DNA from: Candidatus Kaiserbacteria bacterium | Lineage (GTDB): Bacteria; Patescibacteriota; Minisyncoccia; Phycocordibacterales; Phycocordibacteraceae | Length of the DNA stretch: 64,000 nucleotides | Assembly: GCA_963813065.1 (NCBI GenBank) | Contig: CAWEXP010000010.1 | Location: 96,250-160,249 of the forward strand | Direction: 5' to 3' | Shown here: positions 33,603 through 43,317 of the stretch, piece after piece | How the letters are laid out: the number at the start of each line of letters is the position of its first letter | Position numbering within the stretch: position 1 is the stretch's first letter | Program-made: the position numbers and the translations under genes | Notes under the pieces: model-generated | Told to the model about the DNA's origin: nothing | The model's input: only the letters and a program-made list of their open reading frames with translations | Databases searched by the model: none

Positions 33603-34046
33603 ATGGAAAAAGATTTTGACGGCTGGAATGTGCTCAAAAAGTCGATACATGTGGAGCGGGGCGCCTTAAACGCGAATCAACGCGAACTCTGGTGGATATC
33701 ATTCGGCATGAATGTCGGTGTTGAGATTGATGGCAAAGATGAGAGCTATGAGCGACCCGGCATAGTGTTGAGGAGGTTCAACCGTGAAATGGCGTGGGTA
33801 ATCCCGACAACCTCACGAGAGAAGAATTTACCCTTTTACTCCCGTTTCTCGTACGAAGGGAAGGATTATTGGGCAGTACTTACTCAAGTACGAGTCGTTA
33901 GTACCAAGCGTTTCTTACGGAAGGTTGGGATGATATCTCAAGAACGTTTTTCTGAAATGCAGAAGAAGCTTGCGGAATTCGTTTTCTTTGATGAAAACGA
34001 ACGGAACCCCGCACGGGGCGGGGTTCCTCGGAGGCCGAAGCCGTAA
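33603..34046 (+). CDS. PemK/MazF-family toxin (orphan)
   Basis: KDFDGWN..KK, RELWWISFGMNVGVEIDGK..YERPGIVLRRFN, LTQVRVVSTKR. Confidence 0.8.
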   Translation: MEKDFDGWNVLKKSIHVERGALNANQRELWWISFGMNVGVEIDGKDESYERPGIVLRRFNREMAWVIPTTSREKNLPFYSRFSYEGKDYWAVLTQVRVVSTKRFLRKVGMISQERFSEMQKKLAEFVFFDENERNPARGGVPRRPKP

Positions 34047-34048
34047 TC
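33992..34048 (-). ncRNA. Predicted antisense small RNA overlapping the toxin 3' end
   Basis: Minus-strand TTGACT-16-TATCAT promoter (34082-34055), GGC-UUCG-GCC hairpin, 10-bp GC hairpin plus U-rich tail. Confidence 0.5.
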
Positions 34049-34081
34049 AAGACTATGATACTCCCCGCAACTAAAAAGTCA

Positions 34082-36139
34082 ATGAAGGTGTGGATAGCAC
34101 TCGCGCTCCTCCTCTGCGGCGCGGCTTTCGCCGCGCCACACTCCGCTCTCGCCACCGAAGTGACGAAACAAGGTCCGACTACTAATGGTTTGGTTGGGTA
34201 TTGGAAGTTTGATGACGCGAGCGGTACCGTGGCCGCCGACAGCTCGGGCAACAGCAAGAAACTTACCTGCACTAGTACCGGATGGTCCAGAGGGAAGCTG
34301 GGGTCAGCAAGTGTTTTTGCTGGAAATAGCGCAAGTGTATGTGTGAGAAGTTCTGCGAGTGACTTTCAAGTACCAGGTGACGTCACCGTTTCGGCATGGA
34401 TATTTGCGACATCGACTGGTAGTGGACAGGAGATCGTCAGGAAGGGACAGCTGACCGATGAGCAGTATGGGTTACTCTACAATGGTTCGATAAAAAGTAT
34501 CGGTTTCCAACAATACAACGGTACAGCTTTCGAAGGTCCGGGTTCATTGGCGGGATCGGTGCCCCTCAACACGTGGGTTCAAGTTACCGCAGTTCGCAGT
34601 GGCACCACAGTGACTATGTATGTGAACGGTACGTCTAACGCTTCCGGAACAGTAGGGACTCCCGCGACTCCAACCAGCGGTCTTTCAATCGGATCAAACT
34701 CGGTTACAGGTGGACAGAACTTTGCCGGCTCCCTCGACGACGTCCGCATTTACAACCGCGCACTCTCCGCCGCCGAGGTGCAGGCGCTCTACAAGGCAGG
34801 CGAGGTAGACCTCAAACAGGGCCCGACTAACGGCGGCCTCGTTGGGTACTGGAAATTTGACGAGGGTGTGGGCACTAAGGCTACAGACTCCTCCGGTATT
34901 ATTGGCGATACACTCGGGTGTACCAGTTTCATCTGGACACCCGGCAAGCTTGGCGGAGCCATCCAGCTTAACGGCAACACGACGAGTTGGTGCCAACCGG
35001 CTTCAAATAATCGTCCCTCGCTTTCCCTAACGGGCAATATGACTACGAGCGTATGGATGTATTCAACTTCCACCTCTGCTATCCAGGGGGTCATTCGCAA
35101 TGGACAAGGAACGGATGAACAATATTCTATCTATTATGATGGCGGGAATCAGAGGATTGGATTTGGGTGGTATGACGGTAGTGCGTTCCAGGGCCTTGCC
35201 TCTACAGTGGGCAGTGTCCCTCGTAATCAATGGATACTAGTTACCGTAACGCGGACCGGCAGTGCGCTCGCTTTCTATGCGAATGGGGTGCCTGTCGGGA
35301 CAGCCACTTTCACCAGTGCACCAAATACGCCGAGTATTTTCACCATCGGCGGGACAAACAGTGGTAGCCAAGCCTTCGTCGGCAAGCTTGACGACGTCCG
35401 CCTCTACAACCGCGCGCTCTCCGCCGCCGAGGTGCAGGCGCTCTACAAGGCGGGCGAGACGAAAGCTCAGACCAGCTCCGCGCCCCTCACCAACGGCTCC
35501 ACTCTACAAAGCGGCCTCACTGGCCTCTGGACCTTCGACGGCAACGACTTCTCGATCCCGCAGGGTATTCTTGATAAATCCGGTAATGGCAACAGTGGTT
35601 ATTTCATTGGCGGCGCGACCTCCAGCGCCATAACGATAGGGAAGATGGGCCAGGCGTTGAAGTTTAATTCAGCGAGCAGTCAGAAAGTCTCGCTCTCAAA
35701 TCTACCAACGTCGGGTACGTCAAACTTCTCTATATTCGCGTGGGTCAACTCATCTACAGTTGGCACGAGAAAAGGAATCGTCGCATACGGGAGCAACACG
35801 ACAGATACTGGCGTCAATCTGTTTATAAACCCATCTAATCAAGTTGAATCGGATTTATCGGCCGATCCCGGTCCCAGCTCAACGGCAACTGTCACTGATG
35901 GTAAGTGGCATTTGGTCGGAGTGACAAATGCCGGCGGCACAATGCAAGTCTACGTTGATGGAGTGGCGAGTGGTTCAAGTCGAGCGAAGACTCCAAACAT
36001 AGTGTCAAGACCAAATTTCAATCTTATTGGTGAGGATTTCTTTCCCGCTTATTTCAACGGCTCCATCGACGACGTCCGCGTCTACTCTCGCGCTCTCTCC
36101 GCGTCCGAAATCAAGCAGCTCTACAACCTCGGCAAATAG
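34082..36139 (+). CDS. Secreted protein with three LamG/concanavalin-A-like domains
   Basis: Signal peptide; three GL(V/T)G.W.FD...DDVR.Y.RALSA.E modules. Confidence 0.92.
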   Translation: MKVWIALALLLCGAAFAAPHSALATEVTKQGPTTNGLVGYWKFDDASGTVAADSSGNSKKLTCTSTGWSRGKLGSASVFAGNSASVCVRSSASDFQVPGDVTVSAWIFATSTGSGQEIVRKGQLTDEQYGLLYNGSIKSIGFQQYNGTAFEGPGSLAGSVPLNTWVQVTAVRSGTTVTMYVNGTSNASGTVGTPATPTSGLSIGSNSVTGGQNFAGSLDDVRIYNRALSAAEVQALYKAGEVDLKQGPTNGGLVGYWKFDEGVGTKATDSSGIIGDTLGCTSFIWTPGKLGGAIQLNGNTTSWCQPASNNRPSLSLTGNMTTSVWMYSTSTSAIQGVIRNGQGTDEQYSIYYDGGNQRIGFGWYDGSAFQGLASTVGSVPRNQWILVTVTRTGSALAFYANGVPVGTATFTSAPNTPSIFTIGGTNSGSQAFVGKLDDVRLYNRALSAAEVQALYKAGETKAQTSSAPLTNGSTLQSGLTGLWTFDGNDFSIPQGILDKSGNGNSGYFIGGATSSAITIGKMGQALKFNSASSQKVSLSNLPTSGTSNFSIFAWVNSSTVGTRKGIVAYGSNTTDTGVNLFINPSNQVESDLSADPGPSSTATVTDGKWHLVGVTNAGGTMQVYVDGVASGSSRAKTPNIVSRPNFNLIGEDFFPAYFNGSIDDVRVYSRALSASEIKQLYNLGK

Positions 36140-36166
36140 GTAAGACCCAATGTTCAATTTACTCCC

Positions 36167-36191
36167 ATGTAGGGTTTCGTAAATCCTACAT
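36167..36191. repeat. Palindrome family B, downstream copy
   Basis: atgtagggtttcgtaaatcctacat. Confidence 0.92.
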
Positions 36192-36195
36192 TCCG

Positions 36196-36867
36196 TCATT
36201 CAAGCCTGAATCCAGGTTCTAGGTCGCCCTGAGCATCCTTCAGATACTCGGCAAGCGCGCGAGGGTAATTCCCGAGCGCGTTCTTAAAAAGGGAAGTGGT
36301 AAGGACGGAAGGAAAATTTTTCTTGCCGGTGTAATCGAGATAACTGCTCCAGCGATAGGTGTCGAGATATTCCAAAGCTTTCTTTGCACTCTTGATGCCG
36401 TTCTTACTGCGCACGCGCCACTCCTCGGCGCCTTCGAGGTAGTCGAGCGGGTTAAGGTGGATATAGTGCAGGATGTAGTTGAACTGCGCGTCGCGCTCAA
36501 TCAATATTTTCTTCGTCCGCCCTTGGAAAAGAGTGCCCTTGCGCTCGTACCGTTCATTAAAGTAATTCGCATACCCGACATTGAGCTTGCGCAAGAATAA
36601 ACTCACTCCGCCTTCGATTTTTTCTGACAACAGCAGGTGATAGTGGTTCTTCATCAGGCACCACCCATGTATCTCCACAATCCGCTCTCGCTCAATGTAG
36701 GGTTTCGTAAATCCTACATCTGGCGCACAGCGACGCTCAGAGGCCGCAGCAGGTGAGCGGTCGTTGAATTGGTATAAGTTATGGATAAAACGAACGTAGT
36801 CGGAAGAATCAGAAAATAAGTGTCGCCCGTCAACTCCCCGATTGAGTGCATGATATAGCTCGGCCAT
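36196..36867 (-). CDS. HUH Y1 transposase, RAYT-like (locus B)
   Basis: Start at MAELYHALNRGVD; WCLMKNHYHLL, LFQGR, YIHLNP, YRWSSY. Confidence 0.92.
   Translation of the reverse strand: MAELYHALNRGVDGRHLFSDSSDYVRFIHNLYQFNDRSPAAASERRCAPDVGFTKPYIERERIVEIHGWCLMKNHYHLLLSEKIEGGVSLFLRKLNVGYANYFNERYERKGTLFQGRTKKILIERDAQFNYILHYIHLNPLDYLEGAEEWRVRSKNGIKSAKKALEYLDTYRWSSYLDYTGKKNFPSVLTTSLFKNALGNYPRALAEYLKDAQGDLEPGFRLE
36695..36719. repeat. Palindrome family B, intragenic copy
   Basis: Identical 25-mer, read as DVGFTKPYI. Confidence 0.92.
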
Positions 36868-36871
36868 ATAG

Positions 36872-36896
36872 ATGTAGGGTTTCGTAAATCCTACAT
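36872..36896. repeat. Palindrome family B, upstream copy
   Basis: Identical 25-mer between the minus-strand TATAAT and the start codon. Confidence 0.92.
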
Positions 36897-37001
36897 TCAA
36901 TTATACCCAATGCATAAGGACATTATTGCCCGTGGGTGGAGAACTTCTTATTTTTGTGTAAAATAATTCGGTTCGCTCGCTTTCTTATTCATAAGCTCGC
37001 T

Positions 37002-38153
37002 ATGATGAGGAAATTACTCTGGGCTCTTTCGCTATTTGTATTTCTCACGCCGATGGGTGCTCATGCGCTCACCATCTCTCCCAGCTCCGGCACGGATGGG
37101 ATTATTCATTGGAGTAGCCCAACGATGCCTGCGGCTATGGATGGCAGTCGGCAAATATTATTTTTTAATTCCGAGGGTTACTTTACCGATTATCTGTATC
37201 AGACCAATGACCCCGGAAGCGTTCCTGATTGTTATGCGGGGACAGGGATTTGGAATATTAACGGCGTCAATTGTTATCCATGGCGTGGATACAGTGCCCC
37301 CAACGATTATCCCGAAAATGGTCGCTCCGGATTTGCTCCCAAATACGGAACCTATAGGATGCTCGAGATTAGTTCATGGCCCGCAGACAGTGGGAACAAT
37401 TGTTGGACAGCGCCCGATAATCCTAGCGGAATGAGCCCAGACTATCGTGGCGGCGATTTGTCTTTTGATTGCTGGAAGTCCATGATAATTGCAAACGGCT
37501 TGTACGTTGGAGACGCTACATATACCTACAATCCGCCTGACATAACAGCTCCAGTTATTGCCCAATCATTTGATATCGCTACTCAAGCTACCTCAAGCGA
37601 TGGCATATCGGTTGACTACTTGGTTCCAACTGCAACTGACGACGTCGACGGTACTGACTCAGTCTTATGCACGCCGCCGTCCGGAAGTTTCTTTGCAATC
37701 GGCACGTCAACCATTTCCTGTACAGCAACTGATGCGGCGGGGAATACCGCGACCTCAACTTTTGAAGTCATAGTCCAAGATGCGACTGCATCGATGCCAA
37801 CAAATTCTTCTCCATCACCGCAAACTTCCGTCAGCAACGGTAGCATCGGCATTTTTCCCGTGCTCGCGAGCGGGAGTGGAGCGGGTGCACTATCGCCCGT
37901 GATAGTGGCAACCAGCACTGCGACTTCTTCGACGCTTGTCGCACAGGCATCGAGCACCTCGTTCGCGGTGATTGCCAGCACAACGCATCGGATAAGCCTC
38001 GCTCTGCATCATCAAAAAACCGATATTCCTAGCCATATTTCTGCGCCTGCCATCCCCAATTTCAGCCAAGCGGCGGCGGTTGTGGCGGCTCCTAGTACGG
38101 GGATCGGCGCCTGGCTCTGGGCCGTTATCCACAAGCTTTTCGGTATGCGATAA
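37002..38153 (+). CDS. Secreted protein with HYR domain and Ser/Thr-rich tail
   Basis: Signal peptide; DITAPVI...PTATDDVDG...CTPPSGSFFAIGTSTISCTATDAAGNTATSTFEVIVQD. Confidence 0.85.
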   Translation: MMRKLLWALSLFVFLTPMGAHALTISPSSGTDGIIHWSSPTMPAAMDGSRQILFFNSEGYFTDYLYQTNDPGSVPDCYAGTGIWNINGVNCYPWRGYSAPNDYPENGRSGFAPKYGTYRMLEISSWPADSGNNCWTAPDNPSGMSPDYRGGDLSFDCWKSMIIANGLYVGDATYTYNPPDITAPVIAQSFDIATQATSSDGISVDYLVPTATDDVDGTDSVLCTPPSGSFFAIGTSTISCTATDAAGNTATSTFEVIVQDATASMPTNSSPSPQTSVSNGSIGIFPVLASGSGAGALSPVIVATSTATSSTLVAQASSTSFAVIASTTHRISLALHHQKTDIPSHISAPAIPNFSQAAAVVAAPSTGIGAWLWAVIHKLFGMR

Positions 38154-38160
38154 TAGGTGG

Positions 38161-39255
38161 ATGCAGAAAGCGTTTGCCGGTATCGTTGTCGTCGCCGTTT
38201 TCGCCCTTTTCTCCTTCGGCCTCGTTGCGCCGAGCGCGAACGCTGGTAGTACCGTTATATATCTAACTAATACCGCCGCGACGACTTGGACTGTTCCTCC
38301 AGATTGGAATCCGAATAACAACAAGATTGAGTGTATTGGCGCGGGCGGGAGTGGAGGTGGGAGTACTCATACGGTCGACAAGCCGGGTGGTGGCGGTGGT
38401 GGTGGCTCGTACGCATCCACCACAAACCAAGCACTAACTGGTCCAACCGTTACGATTCAAATTGAAGCGGGTGGTGTCGGGGCCGCTCCCATCAATGATA
38501 CCTACATTGAGAATGCTGTTGGTGGCACGACTATCCTCGATTGCGGCGGAGGTGCAAACGGTGGTCCCGCGAGCGGAGGTGCAGGCGGAGCGGCTTCGGT
38601 TGGCTCAGGGTACGTGGGCGGGCACGGAGGCAACGCAACCAACGCTCCTCGTGATGGAGCTGGAGGAGGGGCAGGAGCCGCGGGTCCTATGGGTGCTGGT
38701 TGGAACGGTGGAGCAGGATATGCAGGAGCATCGGGCGATGGCGGCGGCGGCGGCGGGTCAAATGGGGGAAGTGGTTCTGTGGGAACTTCTGGTTCTGGTA
38801 ATACAGGTGGCACTGGCACTGGCGGTAACGGTGGAGGGGGGTCGGGTGGTGGTGCTGCGGGCACCGCGAGCGCTGTTGCGGTAAATGGAACTGCAAATTC
38901 AGGCGGTGGTGGCGGTGGTGGCGCAGGCGGCAACGGAAATCAGGCATTTTCAGGTGGCGCCAATGGCGCAGGCGATAATTCCTTCGGCTCTGGCTATGGA
39001 GCAGGTGGTGGCGGTGGTGGAGCGGGCGGCAATAATACTTCGAGCGGCTCCATCGGAGGATCCTGTCTCACCAGTGCCGGTTGCTACGGCGGTGGCGGTG
39101 GCGGGAGTAATGATGATGGTGGTTCAACAGTCTCCGGCGGCACCGGCGGCCAGGGCATTATCGTGATCACGTACGTACCAATTCCACCACACGCGATGGT
39201 GAAGATTAATGCAGGACGGCTTCGCATCAGCGGCGGTCGTGTGCGTATTAAGTAA
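38161..39255 (+). CDS. Secreted glycine-rich protein
   Basis: Signal peptide; TWTVP.DWN...IECIGAGGSGG...GGQGIIVITY. Confidence 0.85.
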   Translation: MQKAFAGIVVVAVFALFSFGLVAPSANAGSTVIYLTNTAATTWTVPPDWNPNNNKIECIGAGGSGGGSTHTVDKPGGGGGGGSYASTTNQALTGPTVTIQIEAGGVGAAPINDTYIENAVGGTTILDCGGGANGGPASGGAGGAASVGSGYVGGHGGNATNAPRDGAGGGAGAAGPMGAGWNGGAGYAGASGDGGGGGGSNGGSGSVGTSGSGNTGGTGTGGNGGGGSGGGAAGTASAVAVNGTANSGGGGGGGAGGNGNQAFSGGANGAGDNSFGSGYGAGGGGGGAGGNNTSSGSIGGSCLTSAGCYGGGGGGSNDDGGSTVSGGTGGQGIIVITYVPIPPHAMVKINAGRLRISGGRVRIK

Positions 39256-39270
39256 GGTAAGATAGACGAT

Positions 39271-40278
39271 ATGAAACCAATTCGAGTTGCGATAAATGGA
39301 TTTGGGCGGATCGGGCGAGCCTTCGTGCGGAGGAGCCAGGGGAGGAATATTGAGATTGTTGCGGTCAACGATCTCGGCTCGCTCGAGAATCTCGCGTATC
39401 TTTTGAAATACGACACGGTCTACAAACGCGCGGCATTTCCCGTTGAAGCAAAAGACGGTGCTTTGTGGATTGATGGGAAGGCCGTGAAGTTTTTGCAAGA
39501 AAAAGATCCCGCGCACTTGCCGTGGAAGGATCTCGACGTTGATGTCATCGTCGAGTCGACCGGATTTTTTACTGACTATGAGAAGGCGAAGGCGCACCTC
39601 GATGCGGGTGCGAAACATGTGGTGATTACCGCACCAGTGAAGGGAGAGTCGGAACTCGGCGCGACGGTGTTGATGGGGCTGAACGAAGAAAAAATAAAAT
39701 CCTGCCCGATCACGAGCAACGCCTCTTGCACCACCAACTCCGCGAGTCCGCTCATCGCGATTCTCGACGAGGCGATTGGTATCGAGAAGGCAATTCTCTC
39801 CACCACGCATGCCTACACTGCGTCGCAGGCGATTGTCGACGGTCCGAGCAAGAAGGACATGAAGGAAGGCAGAGCCGCGGCGCAAAATATCGTCCCGACC
39901 TCGACCGGTGCGGCCGTCGCGGTGACGCAGGCGTACCCCGCGCTCGTGGGGAAGTTTGACGGCATCTCGCTCCGCGTGCCGGTGCCTGCGGGCTCGATTG
40001 CGGACATCACTTTCATTGCGAAGCGGTCAACGAGCAAAGAAGAAGTAAATGAGATATTGCGCGCCGCCGCAACGGCGGCGCGCTGGGCTGGCATTTTCTC
40101 GGTTACCGAGGATGAGCTGGTTAGCAGTGACATCATCGGCGAGCCCTACGCCTCGATTGCCGACCTCGGGATGACGCGCGTGGTCGATGGCAATCTAGTG
40201 AAGGTGCTCGCCTGGTACGACAACGAAATGGGGTACACCGAAAGCCTCGTCCGGCACGTGCTCGCCACGGCGCAATGA
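39271..40278 (+). CDS. gap: Glyceraldehyde-3-phosphate dehydrogenase type I
   Basis: INGFGRIGR, SNASCTTN, WYDNEMGY. Confidence 0.97.
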   Translation: MKPIRVAINGFGRIGRAFVRRSQGRNIEIVAVNDLGSLENLAYLLKYDTVYKRAAFPVEAKDGALWIDGKAVKFLQEKDPAHLPWKDLDVDVIVESTGFFTDYEKAKAHLDAGAKHVVITAPVKGESELGATVLMGLNEEKIKSCPITSNASCTTNSASPLIAILDEAIGIEKAILSTTHAYTASQAIVDGPSKKDMKEGRAAAQNIVPTSTGAAVAVTQAYPALVGKFDGISLRVPVPAGSIADITFIAKRSTSKEEVNEILRAAATAARWAGIFSVTEDELVSSDIIGEPYASIADLGMTRVVDGNLVKVLAWYDNEMGYTESLVRHVLATAQ

Positions 40279-40710
40279 ACAAAATCTATTTTGCGAGTGA
40301 TCACGCCGGTTTCAAGTTGAAAGCAGTGTTGGTCCCGTATACGCAGAGCCTCGGCTATGAGGTCGAGGATGTCGGGCCATATGAAATTGTCGCCACCGAC
40401 GATTATCCGGAATATATTACGCCACTCGCGCGCGCGGTGGCAGGAGACGCCACCGCGCGCGGCGTCATCATCGGCAAGAGTGGCCAAGGCTGAGGCGATG
40501 TGTGCCAATCGCATCAAAGGTGCTCGTGCTACGGTCTTCTACGGTGGTTCGCTCGAGATCGTCACGCTTGCGCGCGAACACAACGATGCAAATATTCTCG
40601 CTCGGCGCGCGGGTTCGTGAACGACGACGAGGCGAAATCGGCGTCAAACTTCTTCTCGATACGGCCTTCAGTGGCGAAGAGCGACATGTTCGCCGCTCGC
40701 AAAGTTTTAA
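40275..40710 (+). CDS. rpiB: Ribose-5-phosphate isomerase B (several apparent frameshifts)
   Basis: ASDHAG, DDYP, GKSGQG-EAMCANR.KGAR, AREHNDANIL, FSGEERHVRR in shifting frames. Confidence 0.88.
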
Positions 40711-40712
40711 TC

Positions 40713-41424
40713 ATGATGACATCGTAACGCCAGCGATACTCGCGACTTCTGCCGAAGAGTTCGAGGCGAAGCTCGCGCGCTTCACGTTGATTCCCGCCGT
40801 TCGACGTATCCAGATTGATGTCGTTGACGGTCGCTCGCGAAGCCCGCGTGCTGGCCCTTTCACAGAAAGGGCAGTTCGAGAATTGCTCGCGCGGCAGTCG
40901 CTCCGCACATCGGACGATTCGAATTCGAGATCGATCTTATGGCGCTCGAGCCAGAGACCATTGCGCTCGCGTTTCTTGAGCTGGGCGCCTCACGCTTCGT
41001 CTTCCATGCCGAGAGCGCGACCTCGCTCGGCCGCCTGCTCGCACTCTTCCGTCGCCTTGCGGGGCACGAAAAAGGATTCACCAATCTTATTTCTATCGGC
41101 CTCTCACTCGGGAACGCGAGCGACCTCTCGCTGATCGAGCCGTATCTCGACCAGGTCGATTTCGTACAATTCATGGGCATCGCGAAGATCGGTTCTCAGG
41201 GCCAACCCTTCGATCGCCGCGTCGTCGAGCGAATACGTGCGTTCCGTCTCCGCCATCCAGAAATTCCCATCCAAGTGGACGGTGGTGTCACGCTCGAGAC
41301 CGGACGCGCACTCCTCATGCAGGGCGTCGAGACATTGGTGGTCGGGCACGACCTGCTCGAAGCGAAAGACATTCGCACCGAGCTCGCGCGATTCGAGGAT
41401 TTGCAGAATCCGTATAGCATCTAG
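40713..41424 (+). CDS. rpe: Ribulose-phosphate 3-epimerase (apparent frameshifts)
   Basis: VTPAIL, IQIDVVDG, VQFMGI..IGSQGQPF, IQVDGGV. Confidence 0.82.
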
Positions 41425-41441
41425 CGTGGTATCGTTCTCCT

Positions 41442-42315
41442 ATGGCACTCCTCGACACTGACATCCAAGCGCTCGAACAGAAGGCGGTCGAGATTCGTAC
41501 GACCGTCATCGAGATGCTCGTGTCTGCAGGGAGCGGACACACCGCAGGGCCACTCGATATGGCGGACATTTTCACTGCCTTTTATTTTCATATTCTCAAG
41601 CATGATCCGAAGAATCCGGCGTGGGAAGAACGTGATCGGCTGATTCTCTCAAATGGCCACATTGTCCCGGTGCGCTACGCGGCGATGGCGCACGCGGGCT
41701 ATTTCCCGGTCGAGGAGTGTTTGACTCTGCGGAAGTTCGGCTCGCGTCTCCAGGGTCACCCCGAGCGATTGCGTTTGCCTGGTCTCGAGACGACCTCGGG
41801 CCCACTCGGCGAGTGGCCTCTCGCAGGCCGCGGGCATCGCGTATGCGCTCCGCATGCAGGACACGGCGTATCAATTCAGAAGTTGGACACGCCGTGTCCA
41901 ACTTGGGAAACCGCGGTGTATTGCCTCACGAGCGACGGCGAGCACGATGCGGGCAACACGTGGGAGGCGGCGCTTTGGGCGGGGAAAAATAAATTATCGA
42001 ATCTCACCGCGCGTGGTCGATCGCAACAATATCCAGATTGACGGTATGACCGAGGACGTCATGCCGCTCGAACCTTTTGCCGATAAATATCGCGCATTCA
42101 ACTGGCACGTCATCGAGGTCGACGGTCACAACATCCGCGCATTCATTGAGGCCGTTGAAGAAGCGAAGGCGATCGAAGAGAAACCGACAATGATTATCGC
42201 GCACACCATCGCGGGCAAAGGCGTGAGAGAGATTGAAGGCGACTATCACTGGCACGGCAAACCGCCCACCGCTGAAGAAGCGAAACGATTCCTCGCTGAA
42301 ATTCACCATGCATAA
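41442..42315 (+). CDS. Transketolase N-terminal subunit (apparent frameshifts)
   Basis: SGHTAGPL, RDRLILSNGH, LQGHP, SDGE..GNTWEA, DRNNIQIDG, WHGK. Confidence 0.93.
41858..41904. repeat. Family-A palindrome doublet inside the transketolase gene
   Basis: aggacacggcgtatc-aattcag-aagttggacacgccgtgtccaactt. Confidence 0.85.
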
Positions 42316-43317
42316 TCCTTCTGCAAAATTAGTCGAGAATCTGTTTGACGCGAAGATTGCGCAGGCGCCGACGCGCGACGGATTCGGCAAGGGGACCATT
42401 GAAGCCGGGAAAAAAGACCAGCGTGTGGTGGTGCTCTGCGCCGATCTCGCGGAGTCGACGCGCGCTGAATGGTTCGAAAAAGAATTTGTCGACCGATTTA
42501 TTGAAGTGGGTGTTGCCGAACAGAATCTGGCGGCGCTCGGGAGCGGTTTCGCGGCCGGCGGGAAAATCCCCTTCATCGCGAGTTATGCCGCGTTTTCGCC
42601 GGGCAGAAATTATGAGCAGATTCGTACCACCATCGCGCTCAATCAGCAGAACGTGAAGATTTGCGGCATGCACGCGGGCGTCTCGGTGGGGCCCGATGGC
42701 GCGACGCACCAGATGCTCGAGGATATCGGGCTCATGCGCATTTTGCCGCATATGATTGTGCTCAACCCGTGCGACGCCGAGGAGGCGCGGAAGTCGGTCA
42801 TCGCGGCGGCCCTGCACGACGGGCCCGTCTACATCCGCTTCGGTCGCGAGGCAGTGCCTGTGTTCACCACGAGTGAGACGCCCTTCGCCATCGGCAAAGC
42901 GCAAATTTATTATGAAAATCCGGATGAAGGTGAGTCGGGTTCCAAAGTTGCGCATACTCGCGACCGGGCCTCTGGTCTACGAGGCGCTCAAGGCCGCGGA
43001 GGCGCTCGCGAAGGAGGGCATCCGCGCAATTGTCGCGAATGTTGCCACCATCAAGCCGCTCGACGAAGACACCATCTCTCGATCGCGCGCGCGACCGGGC
43101 GCATCATCACGGTCGAAGAGCATCAGACCGCGGTGGATTCGGCAGTGCGGTCGCCGAACTGCTTGCAGAAAAATTACCGACCCGCATCGAGCGCATCGGC
43201 GTCCGCGATCAGTTCGGTCAGTCCGGCACACCCACCGAGCTCCTCAAGCACTACGGTCTCGATTCTGCGGCAATCCTAGAACGCGCTCGCGCGGTAGTCC
43301 GCGGGAGCATTTCGTAA
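42308..43317 (+). CDS. Transketolase C-terminal subunit (apparent frameshifts)
   Basis: TRDGFG, ADLAEST, GVAEQN, GPDGATHQ, TVEEHQ, FGQSG. Confidence 0.93.

Noticed and set aside
36167-36896. Triple identical palindromes as a CRISPR array (also loci C and D)
   Set aside because: Spacing of 150-500 bp is irregular, the intervening DNA is one ORF, and there are no cas genes
20213-39255. Prophage tail module
   Set aside because: No capsid, terminase, portal or integrase; the proteins carry TM or signal peptides typical of cellular surface proteins
40488-40500. TGA in rpiB as Gly readthrough (genetic code 25) or selenocysteine
   Set aside because: The protein continues in another frame (EAMCANR), and many genes here end normally at TGA
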